The notes under the pieces are model-generated. The model had not been told where the DNA came from and ran no database searches. It saw only the letters and a list, made by a program, of their open reading frames with translations. A program made the translations under genes and the position numbers. Below, piece by piece: positions 24,299-38,100 of a stretch of DNA of 64,000 nt. Positions within the stretch are counted from its first letter, which is position 1, and every line of letters starts with the position of its first letter. This stretch comes from Blastocystis sp. ATCC 50177/Nand II (Eukaryota): positions 496,001-560,000 of the forward strand of contig JBBPEE010000035.1 in the NCBI GenBank assembly GCA_039096935.1, written 5' to 3'.

Positions 24299-25966
24299 AC
24301 AACACCAGCGTCAGCTTCTCGATGTAGTCATGCTTAAAACGAGGCGCCAACCGCAGCCCCTGGCCTCTCGACGCGGTATTGCCCTTCTTCACGATGCTGT
24401 GGCAGCTGGACACGTACACATCCTTCTTCGCCTCCTCCGGCTCCTTCTTCGCCACCTTCACCTCCTTCCGCTTGATCTCCTTCCCGTTGCCCGCAGTACC
24501 CTCTCGCATCAGCTGCCGCAGCTCCGCGGGAATGCTCATCTCGAACGAGCTGCGCGAGTCGTAGCTGCGCAGCGTCCCGTCCATCGAGGACTGCTCCTTC
24601 GACGCCGAGCCCTCCGCGAAGTCGTTCAGCACGCTCTCGCGGATGGAGCTGTTCATCTTCAGCGGCAGCGTCGGCTGGTCCAACTCCTCCAGCAGGCGGA
24701 TCTGCCGCTGCGACGCCTGTGACAGCCCGTCGCGCGACTTCAGCGTGCTCGACCGCGACGCCGGCGTGAAGTTCTCGCGCATCAGCGGCGTCGGAATGTC
24801 CGCCGCCTCCTCCTGCACGCCCCGCGCGGAAGCCGACGAGGGCGAGGCGGCGGGCGGCACGGGCGAGCGCGGCGTCTCTCTGGCGGGCGCGAAGTCGGCG
24901 GCGGGGTCGGCGACGGGCGGGAGCATGGAGGACGCGGGGTAGAGCGTGGAGGCGGGCTGCAAGGCGGAGGGCGGCAGCGCGAAGACGTTGGGCTGCAGCT
25001 GGAAGACGCGCTCGATGTTGGCGGTGCCGTCGCGGCTCTGCGGGTAGATGGGTTTGACGGAGACGTTGAGCACGCCCAGCGTCTTCTTGCGAGAGACGAA
25101 CTACGGGTGAGTGAGTGGAGCGAGCGCTACGGGCAGCTTGAAGAGGAAGGTGCTGCTGGAGGAGAGCTGCTTGGTGGAGAAAGAGGCGTCGGCGATGAGC
25201 CGGAAGGAATTCTGCTGATGCGGGTGCGTCACGCTGTTCAGGTGGAAGGTGATCTCCGAGGAGTTGCTGAAATCAAGAGAAGCGATAATCTGGCGGAAAT
25301 TCCACTCTACGGGGAATGAATGAGCGATTGCCGTACGAGGTTGGACTCCTTTGACGTCGCGCGTCTTCACGTAGTTGCCCTTGCTGATGTCAATGGACAG
25401 CGAGAAGAACAGCTTCTTGTCCACCATCTCCTCCTACCCCTGAGGATTCCACCACGTACTCACGTCCAAGTTCGCAGAGACCACCTCAATTTGGTAGGCA
25501 ATGGGCTTGATTTGGTTTACATCGAGGGGAGCGGTACAAACGAACTCCGCCACGGGTTTCACGAGTTGGAACACAATTTTGAGCTGCAATTTGTAGGCAG
25601 AGTTCTTGTCCTTGGGTTGGAGGCAGAGACACAGGGGTTCGTAGTAATCGTAATTGTAGAAGTTAAACGCCTCCACACGCAGGTCAGCAATCACTTTTCT
25701 ACGCCTTAAGTGCAACCGACAGCACGCACTCCGAGAAAAGGCTCTTCCTCTCGTGCAGCTCGATCAAAACGGGAAGATCGCTTTCGTCATGGCCGCTCAC
25801 CTTGTAATTGCGGAAGAAGTACCCCTGGTTGAAGGTGGTCACATCTCCTCCAGTTACAACGGGAAAACGCACTTCATACTTGCTGTACCGTAACTACGAC
25901 AGTCACCTCCGGCCGCATCTCCCCCTACAGAAAGAAAGAGGTTCTTCTTCGGAAAGGATAATCCAT
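24299..25966 (-). CDS. Uncharacterised multi-exon protein, possibly with C2-like domains
   Basis: Exons with coding-like codon bias joined by ~30-nt introns. Beta-rich segments (VKT...VEWN...LGVLNVSVKP). Confidence 0.45.
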
Positions 25967-26109
25967 CGCTAATCGAAACGAGAAGACCTAAATAATCCTC
26001 CATCGATCGTACAAGGGATTACGAAACAAAAACTCCAACGAGAACTCTTGGATTCTGAGAACAACGCTCCCCCCAATCCCAACAATTCGTATGCTCGCAA
26101 AAAACAGCG

Positions 26110-28742
26110 CTACGAAGAAAACGACAGCAGCGGGTCCGGCTGCTCGAAACAGCCGCTGTAGTCCGAGTCGGAGAGTGGCTCGCCGTCCACGCTGGGATCG
26201 ATCTGGATTGTGTCTCCCTCTTCTCTGGCTGCACTCTCCTCCCTGAACTCCTTCAGTCTCTTCAGTCGCATCAGCAGCTGGCCGCGTCTCCCGTAGTTCG
26301 GTAATCCGTTGTACTTGCACTGAATGCGCAAGCTGTCCGTCTCCTCTCCCTCCTCGTCATCGACGCTGCTATCCAGCTCCGCGTCGCTCTAGGCAATCAC
26401 CCCTCCCGCCACGAATCACCATCTGGTAGACGACTTGGAGTCCCTGGATGAATGCCGGAGAGAACACGGAGTTTTGCAGCCACGCGTCGAACAGTTTCTC
26501 AATCTACGCTCACACCCCGCCGCCATTCCCACTCGCACCTTCACCTCCTTCTTCAGCATGTTGCTCTCCATCGCGTTCTTCATCCGCGCCACGGCCTCGA
26601 TCATTGCCGGCAGCTCCCGCTACGCCTCACCCTTCCCGCCATCCGCCACCAGCAGCAGCGTGTGGTACGAGGTGGAGCAGACGCTGTCCGCGTTGAACAG
26701 CAGGTCGTTCACCACGTACAGCCGAGCGATCTTCACCGGCGCGGGCGTCGGCTTCCGCAGCTCGGTGTCCCGATATAAATCGAAGTAGGGGACGTTATCG
26801 CAGATGCTGTCCCGAAGGACGCAGGTGATGTGCTCCGCGCAGGAGGCGTTGTCCAGGCAGAAGGTCATGATTCGCAGGATGGCTGGCCGCGCGGGCGTGA
26901 TGCGTCGTAGCGCGTCGCACAGCCACTCGAACTTGCCGGCGGGCAGTCGGTTCTACGCGTCAGCCGCCAGGCCCGTCGCCACCGCCACCGCGTCCAGCAG
27001 CAGGTTGCTCCTACGCGTCAGCCCGCCGCACAGCGCCCACCCGAGTTCTTCTCTCCGCCGCTTCTCGCGCGCGTCCTTCACGTCGCCCGCGTGCTCGCGT
27101 TTGATCGCCTTGCTCTTCAGCTCGCTCGCCACGGCCTCCAGACGGTCGCGCACGGCGCGCTCGTCCTGCGCGGGCGGCGGCACGAACCAGTCGCCGCCCT
27201 GCACGAACTGGAAGGGGAGCAGGGAGTAGGTGGCGAAGTCCTCGCCGTTGCCCAGCACCAGCACGCACCAGCGGTAGAACAGGTTCGCCGTGTTGCCCTC
27301 CTCCAGCAGGAAGCCCCACTTTGATGTTGTTGTTGTGTGAGTTGCTTGAGGAGGTTGTGATGATGGAGAAGGTTGTGATGATGGAGAGGGTTGAGTTGCT
27401 TGAGGAGGTTGTGATACATGAGTTGTCTGTGATGATGGAGAGGGTTGCGACGGTTGTGACGCTGGAGTGACCTGAGCGGCGAGGTGGGCGGCGACGCGCG
27501 CCTTCAGCGCCTCCTCGAAGGCGCTGCCGCGGTTGTGCACCATCACCGCCACCTGCTGCACCACGAACCGCTGCGGCGCGGGAGGCGCGACGATGTAGCG
27601 CGGCTCCACGCCCGGCGGCACCCGCTACGCCTCACTCGCCGTCACAACTCCCACAGGCAGCACAGTCTGATGTCCACCCTTGCCCCAGCCCAGATGCAGC
27701 CGACTGCCCTACAGTCAACGGAGTGCCGCACTATTACGTTCATCGAGGCGTCCTGCAGACACTGCAGCACCAGCAGCGCGTCCGCGTGCGTGCGCAGCGA
27801 CACGAAGCCGATCGGCCCGCGGGAGGCACCGTCGTCGCCACGAGGCGGCTTCAGCACCACGGAACGCACGGGGGCGTAGTGGGCGCACAGCGTGTAGAGG
27901 GACTCGACGGTGGCGGAGCGCGGCAGGTTGCCGAAGAAGAGCTCCGTGGCGTTGGGGTCGCTGGCGTCAGGAGCAGCGTGGTCGGGAAGGGAATTGCCTT
28001 GCGATGTCTGGGACTTCTTTGCCATCTCCTCGAAGAGCGTGTCGAGCTGGCTCCTACGACATGATCCAGGTTTTTCACAGCGACTTCTCGCCTCGGCGGT
28101 GAATGGCGTAATGGATGTTGGTTTTCCGGTTCACGGTGATCTGTTTGCGCTGCTCGCGCTCCGCATCCTCGTCGTCGCTGTGCGAGCCGAACATGCTTTG
28201 CAGATCGGCTGCTTGGGACTTCTTCGTCTTGGACGGTGCGGGAACGAACTTCTTGTAATTGAGTTTGAAGCCACTCTGGGGGTGGGGGGCAGCGGGCGTG
28301 CTGACGGCCACGGGTTGGGATGGCGAGGGAGCGGGAAGACTCGCGGCCTTTTCCTCCTTTCCCAGTATGTAAATCTCCCTCTCTGCCGTCCCAGCGGATT
28401 CCGCAACGCCCTACGGTTCAGCGGGAGAATGGGCAACGAACCCGGTTGTTAATGGTTCCACCACGAACGAATACGGGAGCGTCGTTTCTGGAGTCCTTCG
28501 GATTCTGGAACGTGTTCACGAACTCCGAATAGACGACGGCAGTCTCCTCTTCCTCCTGCTTCTGCTTTGCGAGTCGTTCGCTGCGCTCCTAGGAGGATGA
28601 ATCGGGAAAACGGACGGATCACCTGTTCAAGCTTATCTTTCTGATAGCCACCGTAGATGAACTTGGCCATCTTTTCCTGCGTCATGGACAGGAGCGAGTT
28701 CTTCTGGATGCCTCCATTTCCCTTTTCGCCTTCCATATCCAT
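26110..28742 (-). CDS. U2SURP: U2 snRNP-associated SURP protein SR140
   Basis: AVYSEFVNTF..FVRGG, an RRM (ELFFGNLP), a SURP domain (GSAFEE...FL..YRW), a CID domain (KIARLYVVNDLLFN), a SAP-like segment and VDGEPL. Confidence 0.85.
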
Positions 28743-28824
28743 GTGTAAATAGAATAATTCGGAACGTCCAGTCGAGAAGAGCGGGAAGCGATGCGGAGGT
28801 AAGAAATGAATGAACAAACAGAGC

Positions 28825-31414
28825 AGTTGTAGGAAGAGAGCAACACACTATTAAACTCTTGCACAAGAGCCTCGCTAAAGCCATTTCCCTCGAAGGAGAC
28901 GGTGTGCAGAGAGGAGACATTCGCCTGCGTCCGCAGCATCTTGGTCATCTCCTTGATGCACAGGTCGTCGAGCTCGTTCACCGACACGTCCAGCTCCCAC
29001 AGTTTCGGGTACTTCTTCTCCTTGATCAGATTGAGCAGGAACACAAATCCCTTCGTCTTGATTCGGTTGTCTACGCGTCACCCCCTCGCTCCAGCCCCAC
29101 TCCCGATGCGCAGCACCTGCAGCATGTTCACGCACTTGTCTACGCCTCACTCCCGCCAACTTCTCCCACCCTCTTCCTCCTTCCCGCCCTTCCAGCTGTG
29201 GAACGCGTTCAGGCCCGTGTCGCGCTCCGACAGCGCCTGGAACAGCGTCGTGCAGCCGCGCAGCGAGATCAGGTTGTCTACGCCTCACGCCGCGGCCGCA
29301 CACCCACTCGACAGGTCCAGCACGCGCAGGTTGGCGAAGCCGCCCATCTCGAACACGGTCGCCAGCACCGCGATGTCGTCGTTCTCCAGCTGGCAGTTCG
29401 CGCACTGCAGCTCCACCACGTCCTTGCTCGCCTCGGGGTCCATCGCCATCTCCTGTGCATACTCCAGCATCTCGTCGCGCGACGTCACTACGCCTCACGC
29501 CACCCCGCTGTCCGCACGGTGGATGCGGTCGCCCTCCACCTCCTCCAGCTTCGCCGTCGGCACCACCACGCGCGACTGCAGCCGCTTCAGCCCCTCCAGC
29601 TCCTGCTGCACCAGACTCAGCTCCTGCTGCACCGCCGCCAGCTGCGCCTGCGCCGCCTCCTTCTCCTTGGCGGCCGTCAGACACTCCGCGCTCTTCTTCT
29701 TCAGCTGCTCGCCCAGCACCGTCTGGTTCTTCAGCTTCTCCGTCAGCTCCTCGTTGTCGTGCTCCAGCTCCTTCACGTCGCCGCGCAGGCGGTCGCGCGC
29801 CTCCGACAGCTCGCGGTTCTCCTTGCGCAGCTTCTCGGTCACCTCCTTCTCGTCGTCCAGACTGTCCTCGGCGTCGTCGAGGTCGTCCTGCAACTGCTGG
29901 ATCTTCTTCTCCTTCTCGATCAGCGTCTGCTTCAGCTCCGACGCCTCCACCGTCGTCGACGACTGCGCCTTGCTCATCTCCTCCTTCACCGCCTGCAGCG
30001 CCGCCGTCTGCTCCTTCAGCTGCTTGCGCAGCGCCTCCACCATCGTGTCCTTCGTCGCCGCCAGCTTCTCCTGCCGCGCCGCCTCCTGCTCCCTGTGCGC
30101 CAGCTCCGCCTTCTTCGTCTCCACCTCGCGCTGCAGCTCGCTGACCTGCGCGCGCAGCGCCTCCTTCTCCCGCACCAGCTCGCACTTGGCGTCGGCGCTC
30201 TCCTGCAGCCGCTTGTTGAACGACGCGCGGATGGCCTCCAGCTGCTCCTCGCCCGCGCGCGCCTCGCGCCGCTTGCCGGCGGTCTGCAGCACCTCCATCT
30301 CCTGCATGCGCTCCTGCAGCTGCTGCTGCGTGGAGTGCAGGTCGTAGTTCTTGGAGGTCAGCTGCGCCGTCAGCTTCTCGTTCTCCTCGCGCAGCGCCTT
30401 CACCGCCGCCTCCGCGTCCTCCACCTTCATCTCCTGCTCCATGAGCGCCTGGCGGTGCTGGTCCTCGCGGTGCACCACCACCTGCACCTCGTCGTTCACC
30501 AGCACCACCTGCTTCTTCAACAGGTTCAGCACCGACACGCGGCGGATCAGCTCCTGGTTGGACGACCGCGTGAACACGTTCATCATCACCACCAGCGAGT
30601 TGATGCACAGCCGCAGCGCCGTGCTGATGTCCTCGGGAGAGAACAGCGCCGTCACCACGCCGTGGCTCTCCAGCGTGTCCGTGCTCGCCACCGCGCCGCT
30701 GCTGTCGCTCAGCGCGGGCAGCATCGACTCCTGCTCGTTGATGCGCGCGATCTCCATCTTCAGCTCGTTCATCAGCGTCGTCAGCGTCTCGTTGTTGCGC
30801 GTCAGGCGCTCCACTTCGCCCTTCAGCTTCCCGTTCTCGTCCTCCATCTTCTTCCAGTTCGTCGGCTCCGCATCCTCCGCGCTCTTCTCCGCGTACTCGC
30901 GCATCATCAGCGCCATGTCCTCGCGGTTCTGCTCCAGCTCTCGCCACGCGCGCTTCAGCTCGTTCGTCTTCACCAGCAGCTCGCTCTTCTTGCTCTCCAC
31001 CTCCTGCCGCAGCTCGTTCGTCTCGATGATCGCGCTGTTGTACTGGTCCCTCACAATCTCGTACTGGCTCGTGGCCTCCTCGCATTCCTTCTTCAGCGTG
31101 CGAATGTCCTTCCGCAGCAGCACGTTCTCGTTGCGTAGGGACTTGTTGCTCACCGTGCTGATCAGCTCGTCCTCCATATCATTCAGGTCGTCCTGCAGAA
31201 CCGCAAGCCGCTTTTTCAGCTCGATCGACTCCTCCACCATGTGCTTTATATCTGATGCCGCGGCGTCGTTGTCCTCGCTGTGTTTTTTCTTCTCCGCCTC
31301 CAGCTCTTCCTTCGTCTTGTGAAGCTCATCCGTCAGGAATTGGATCTGGTTCAGCAGCAACTTGTTCTTTTTCTCCAGCACCTCCACATCCGTTGTCTCC
31401 GAATTCCCGGCCAT
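28825..31414 (-). CDS. Long coiled-coil protein with C-terminal LRRs
   Basis: 639-aa heptad-rich exon followed by short LRR exons (LRVLDLS, LWELDVSVNEL). Stop predicted to be poly(A)-generated at 28825. Confidence 0.75.
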
Positions 31415-31672
31415 CCTTCTCGCTCTGAATCGGTTCCAAAGCTGTGATGAAAAGAAGCTGGAATTTCCCTTTCAAACCAGGGTATTTGAACGACAGCGCT
31501 TTGTCAACGGGGCAATTCCACGTCCCCCCTTTCCGCCGATTCCCGTTTCGCCCGCCTCCCTTCACTCGTCTATCCTTTGTCACTCGTTTGCCCAATACTA
31601 GGTAGGATCGTGGAAATGCGTGCGTACCATGCGTCCCGTTGCGGGAGATCTAACCGCATGTAGGAATAGCAA

Positions 31673-33145
31673 ATGACCGTGTCAGCCATATATATTCTGG
31701 GTCCCACTGGTAAGGTGATCATCTCTCGCGACTACCGAGGCGACGTCACCGAGGCAGCCGTGGATAGGTGGGCCTCGTGTAGATCTGCCTGAGACTGTAG
31801 ATTTGCGGTGATGCTTCGTGAAAAGGAAGACACGGAATTGAAGCCCGTGATCACCGAGGGAGACACGACCTACATCTACGTGAAGGTCGTTTTCGCGCGA
31901 TGGGCTCACGCGTAGAGCGGAAACCTCTATCTCCTGGCGCTGTCGAAGCGAAACGTGAACGTGACCATGGTTATGGAGTTTTTAAACCATCTTGTCAGAG
32001 TCTTCAAGGACTACTTTGGCGTTTTTGACGAAGAGCGCATTCGGTAGCGCCCTCTCCGTTGCGTGACCCGTAGCGACAATTTTGTGATCATGTACGAGCT
32101 CTTCGATGAGATGATGGACTTCGGCTTCCCGCAGGTAGCAGCCCTTTTATAACCTGAGGCATAGATCACGGACACGCAGGTGATGAAGGAGTACATCACG
32201 CAGGAGAGCCAGCGTCTGGAGAAGACGACGGTGGTGCCCTCGAACCTGACCAACGTGGTCAGCTGGCGCCAGGAGGGCATCAAGTACAAGAAGAACGACG
32301 TGTTCCTGGACGTGATCGAGAAGGTGAATCTGCTGGTGGCGCGCGACGGCACGGTGCTGGACAGCGAGATCGTTGGCACCATCGAGATGAAGGTGTGTCT
32401 GTCGGGCATGCCGGAGCTGAAGCTGGGCCTCAACGACAAGGTGCGGTTCGACATGGGCGACCACAAGCTGGAGCCCTCGAAGGCGGGCGGCAACATCGAC
32501 CTGGAGGACGTGCACTTCCACCAGTGCGTGCGCCTGGCGACGTTCGACAACGACAAGACGATCAGCTTCATCCCGCCCGACGGCAACTTCGACCTGATGT
32601 CCTACCGCCTGCACACGCAGGTGCGCCCGCTGATCTGGGTGGAGGTGAGCACCACGCGCAAGTCCTCCTCCATCGACTACTTCGTCAAGGCCAAGTCCAA
32701 CTTCAAGGCGCACTCCACCGCCACTGACGTCGAGATCTTCGTCCCGCTCCCCGCCGACGTCGACACGCCGCAGTTCAACGTGGTCGCGGCGCGGGCGTGT
32801 GAGTCGTAGACTTCGGTGGGCAGCGTGTCGTACGTGCCGGACAAGGACTGCCTGGTGTGGAAGATCAAGCAGTTCTACGGCATGCGCGAGTACCACATGC
32901 GCGCGCACTTCGGCCTGCCCTCCGTGCAGCGCGACGACGGCGTAGAACCACAGGGCGGGGCTGAGGCGTAGCAGCAGGACGACTACCAGATGCGCCCCAT
33001 CGCCGTGAACTTCGAGATCCCGTACTACACGGCCTCCGGCCTGCAGGTGCGCTACCTGAAGATCGTGGAGAAGAGCGGCTACCAGGCGCTGCCGTGGGTG
33101 CGGTATATCACTCGCAACGGAGACTACCAGTTGAGAATGAAGTAG
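31673..33145 (+). CDS. AP1M: AP-1 adaptor complex mu subunit
   Basis: ISRDYRGD, DNFVIMYELFDEMMDFGFPQ, VSWRQEGIKYKKNDVFLDVIE, FHQCVRL, FIPPDG and C-terminal ALPWVRYITRNGDYQLR. Confidence 0.93.
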
Positions 33146-33247
33146 TGTGTAACGCTGTTTGAGGTGATTTCTTTGTTGCATACGATCCGGCGAAATCGGG
33201 GCGTTTTCTTCCACGCTCGCCAAATCAGAAACAGCGAGCCGATTGAC

Positions 33248-35015
33248 ATGGAATCCATCAAAAAGGCTCTCCTCGACATGTACTCGCGAATCATCAACTC
33301 GAAACAGTGAGCCAGGGTCGAGGGGGTGATCGTGTAGTTATCTCGCGCTGATCAACTTCACGCGAAAGTACGTGACGGTGACGGACTTTGTGATGGGTTC
33401 CCTCTTCGTGGGCGGCTTCTTCGTGAAACCGTTTGGTTCCTCCCCTGCTGCGACCCTAGGTACATGCTCGGCATTCACTACCTCCTGCCGAAGGTGTGCG
33501 GCGCCTACTTCGTTGGGAAGGCCGGATTGTGCTACGTGCAGAAGCACTACCCCAGCTTCTACGAGGAGCGGCTGCACGCGCACTCCGCGTTCTTCTCCAA
33601 GATCTGGAACCGCATCATCCCCGAGGACTACATGAAGTCGTTGCTCTCCGCTGCACTCACGGCTAGCTGCTACAAGGTCGTCTACTCTATCTTCAGTCCC
33701 TATCTCTCCAAATTTGACGACATCTCTCCTGTGGCGCTCTTGGGAGGCATTTACAAGGCGGGCATGACGCAGGTGTGTTCCATTCCATATTGTTATTTCT
33801 AGGCGCCGATCTCGCTGCCCGCTGCTCGTCTCGACCGGAGTGATCTGAACCTCATGTCCAAGGCCTCTCAGTACAGCGAGCTGGCGACGGGCATGTACGG
33901 CTCCTCCATGATCTACGGCGTGATGGGCGAGATCGACAGCCCCGACGATGTGAAGCGCCTGCTGAACGGGAAGAAGGACAGGGAGGGCTACAAGCAAGCC
34001 TTCCTCGACCACGCGCATCTCGCCGCCGACGCCATCCTGTACACGAACTGGGGCTGCGAGGACCGCCATTCGCTGGCGCTGACGACGGCGAGCGGCGTGG
34101 AGATCACGGCACCGCCGTACTTTTTGGTGCGGCACGACGCCACGCGGAGCATCGTGCTGTGCGTGCGCGGGACGTGGAACATCAAGGACTTCATCACGGA
34201 CTTCAAGTGCTGCGGCGTGGCGTGGGAGCGCGGCAAGGCGCACGAGGGCATCGCACTGGTCGTGGACTCGCTGCTGGAGGACGAGGAGCTGAACGAGGCG
34301 ATCGCCGCTGCGCTGGCCGCCAACCCCGACTACCGCATGGTGGCGGTGGGCCACTCGCTGGGCGCGGGCATTGCCGCGCTGCTGACCATCCGCTGGCGCG
34401 CGCTGAAGCGGTTCAACAACCCCGTGTGCTTCGCGATCGCGCCGCCGCCGTGTCTGAGCGTGTCTGTGCGGGACAAGGGCGTGGGGTACGTGTACAGCTT
34501 CGTGAACGAGGACGACGTGGTGCCGCGCCTGTCGAAGGACGGCATCATGGACTGCTTGAAGCTGATCGCGGGAAACTGCCACAAGAAGCGCGGGTGGTTC
34601 CACAAGGTGAAGAAGAACGTGAAGGAGTCGTACATGTCGATGTTCGGGAACGAGGGAACGCTGCTGAACATGTACCTGCCGGGTTCCGTCTTCTATCTGC
34701 ACCCCTGCATCGATCATTACACCGAGTACGAGAACAGAAAGCGGTTTGCCGTGAATGTGAGTGTGACCATGTCGGGTGATGCGTAGACGGACGAGAAGTC
34801 CACCGTGAAGATGCTCCAGAAGGTGATGACGAAGGTCTCCGGCAACCCCGGCGGCGCCGTGTTCAAGGACGGCTCGAAGTTCCCCAACACGGTGATTGTT
34901 TCCCCCATGGTGCTGATCCACCACTTCGCCTTCAACTACGAGGCCCTGATCAAGAAGGTCACCGCGGTGCTGGAGGAGAGCGACACGGTGGCGGTGGACA
35001 TGACCAGCGATTGCT
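33248..35015 (+). CDS. Class 3 lipase (DAG-lipase-like)
   Basis: IVLCVRGT, AHEG, nucleophile elbow VGHSLGAG and DDVVPRLS. Stop predicted to be poly(A)-generated at 35015. Confidence 0.85.
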
Positions 35016-35123
35016 GCTGTGTTTTTTCGACACAAATCGATGCCTTGCAAACCATGAAACCACTGAACGCGCATGGGCGACGGAGCAGTATCTCTTTGCG
35101 AATCGCTAACTCATTCCGAGAGC

Positions 35124-38100
35124 ATGACCGAAATGGACAAATTACATAAATCGGTGATCGTACGTGCCCATCGCAATTCCTCAGGAGCTAGGAAGAGGGC
35201 GACTTCCCCGAGCTGAACACCGTCTATTCTCCCACCATCGAGTACAATTTCAGGTATCTCTTTCACCCTCTCCATGATGCGCCAGCTGGGATGAAACGGG
35301 CATGAAGCTCGCGGATCTTTGGACTGCCTTCGAAATTGCCTTCTGCGAGAAGAAAGCTTCCGTCTTCCCTGTCGCCGCCGCTGATCCGTAGGATTGCCAA
35401 GATGAGCTCTTCGCCTTCCTGGACGCGTTCGTCGCAGTGTATGCCGACTGGAAGCCGGCGGAGATGGACGACGACATGTACTATCCAAGGGAGGCCAAGC
35501 GGGCGGTGGGCGAGTACCGCCACTCCATCGCCACCGAGGCCGCCCAGTCCGTCGGCCACCCGTTCCGTTTGATTCGTGGCCTGATTAACGTGATTCCAGA
35601 ATCGCCGTCTCACTCCGTAGTGGATCAAGTGCATGTGGAGAGACAACAAGGAGATGCGCGACGCCCACAAGGTGGAGGTCGTCATCGAGATCCTCTCCCG
35701 CTCTCCCCACAACCGCGTGCTGCTGCGCTACAACGACTTTGGACGCATTCTGCTGATCCACCTGAAGTCGCTGAGCAACAGGATCGCCGCGCTCTCCGCC
35801 TCGGACGAATCGTAACACTCTCTCCCTCTCCTCACGCGCAGCTCCGCCCTACTGGAATCGCTGCAGACGGTGACGCGCACCATCTACAACTTCTTGCCGC
35901 ATCTGGACCACGCCGCCTGGCTGACGCAGGAGGGCGTCTTCACGCCGGGCACCACCAACCTGCTGGGCGCGTTGTGCAGCCTGTTCGAGGCGCCGCCGTG
36001 GTAGGTTTGGCGCGCGGCGTTGAGCGTAGCTTCGCGCTGGAGGGCCGCGTGGAGTGCGTGGTGGACTGCACTCTGGAGCTGGCGACGCTGGTGACGCAGC
36101 TGTACGCATCGATCATCCTGTTCGAGCGCAAGCGCGCGTGGGTGGTGCAGCTGCACCAGCTGGTGCTGATCACGGCGGAGAGCCTGGTGATGTGCCCGCA
36201 GACGGCGCGCCTGCCGAAGGTGCTGGTGCGGCTGGGCGAGATCACGAAGAACATGGGCGAGTGGCTGCTGGGCAAGAACCAGACGCTGGTGGCGGAGAAC
36301 GAGCTGCTGAACCTGAACGCGGACTTCGTGGCGCTGGTGGCCGTGGCGAGCAACCTGAGCGACCTGGCGCGTCGCGAGGCCAACCGTCTGGGCTTCTACG
36401 CGACGCTGAAGCAGGTGCTGCTCTACGCGCTGAAGGGCGGGCTGCGCCAGCAGCAGGTGTGCGTGAACTTCGCGCAGGAGCAGACGGTGCTGCGCGTGTG
36501 GGCGCCCACGCACTACGAGATGCAGAAGGAGGGCGTGTTCGCGCTGACGCCGGAGCTGTTCCGCCACGCCTACGCGGCGGACCGTGCGTCGTGGAACCTG
36601 GAGCAGGAGATGGGCCGCATCGGCGCCGTGCAGTGCTCCAACCCCTTCGTGGACGCCATCTGCCGCTTCCTTGTTTCTGCCGTGCAAGCCGCGCAGACCT
36701 CTCAGACCTCTCAGACCTCTCAGACCTCTCAGACCTCTCAATCCTCTCAAAACGCGCAGACCTCGCAGACCTCTCAGACGAGCAGTATCAACGTGGAGCT
36801 GTTCCGCGAGCTGGTGTCGGTGTTCTTCGAGAAGGAGGGCTCGGACGGCATGAAGGTGTTCGAGGCGGCGACGCGCAGCTACGCGCAGCTGGTGCTGATA
36901 GACATGCTGGTGAGCATGTGCAAGCTGCAGCCCTCGCTCTACGCCGAGTGCGTGAAGATGCAGCTCGGCGAGGAGCTCACGCGCCCCTCCTTCCTGGCGA
37001 AGCTGGCCACCGAACAGTTCCAGAAGGCGGCGGAGGGCGATCTGGTGGTCTGTTCCTTCGCCGGCGTCTCAAACAGCGAGTGGGTGACGCTGAAGCGTGG
37101 GCGCGGTGTGAGAGACTGAAGCGTAGTGCGCGAGACGACGCTGGACTTCGTGTTCGACATGCTGCGCCACTGCGAGGCGGCGGACAAGGTGGGCGAGGTG
37201 TCGCGGCTGCTGAAGAAGCTGGTCTGCGACGACTTCGACGAGCTCTGCGTGATCTCGGTGGGCGCGGCATCCCGCGGTGACGCGTAGCTGTGCGCGCGGC
37301 TGCACACGCTGGTGGGAAGCGACCAGGCGCTGCTGAAGGCGACGTCGCTGCCACACTACCTGGTGTACGCGCTGTTCAGTAGCAACCGCGACCTGCCGCT
37401 GACGTGGTGCGTGAAGTACGCGCTGCTGCGCCTGCTGGACCTGTCGCTGAACAGCGAGGAGGCGATCCTGAACCTGATCCTGTCGGTGGGCGTGATGGTG
37501 AACAACAGCATCGTCAACACCATGGAGTACGTGTTCAACCTGGTGGACAGCAAGAGCACCGTGGAGTTCGGCGCGGCGCTGATCACCGTGATGCTTCTAC
37601 AGGCCACCAGCGACGCCTCCATCAACACGCCGGCCTTCGGGCAGATTATCAACATCTTCGTGAAGTGCGTGCGGTGGGTTGCGGTGACGCGTAGCATGGG
37701 CACGTCGCTGTCGCGCATCCACGCGCAGTCGTTCAACGAGGAGAACTGCGCCACGATGCACCGGCTGTTCAGCATCGTGGACTACCTGCTGCTGGAGAAG
37801 CACCGCGACGAGGCGGTGCTGCGCGCGCGCCAGGACGTCCTGCACAAGACGAACATATCCTTGCTGTGGCATGAGGGTCGCTTAACGCCACTTCCTGATC
37901 CACTGCATCTCCATCATCACCTCCGAGGACCCGAAGTGGGCCTGTGATGTGGGCGTGAGGCGTAGTGAGTTCTACATGGGTGTGGTGTATCACATGTTCT
38001 TCACCATGTTCCTGATGCTCCAGAACAACCCCGAGTTCTACGCCGACTTCCGCCGCACCGTCGAGGACGACCAGTTCACCGTAGGGCCTGCCGCGCGGCG

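Noticed and set aside
25950..25966. Additional U12 donor (TATCCTTT, minus strand)
   Set aside because: Preceded by T rather than A/G, and it lies in the probable first codons of a gene.
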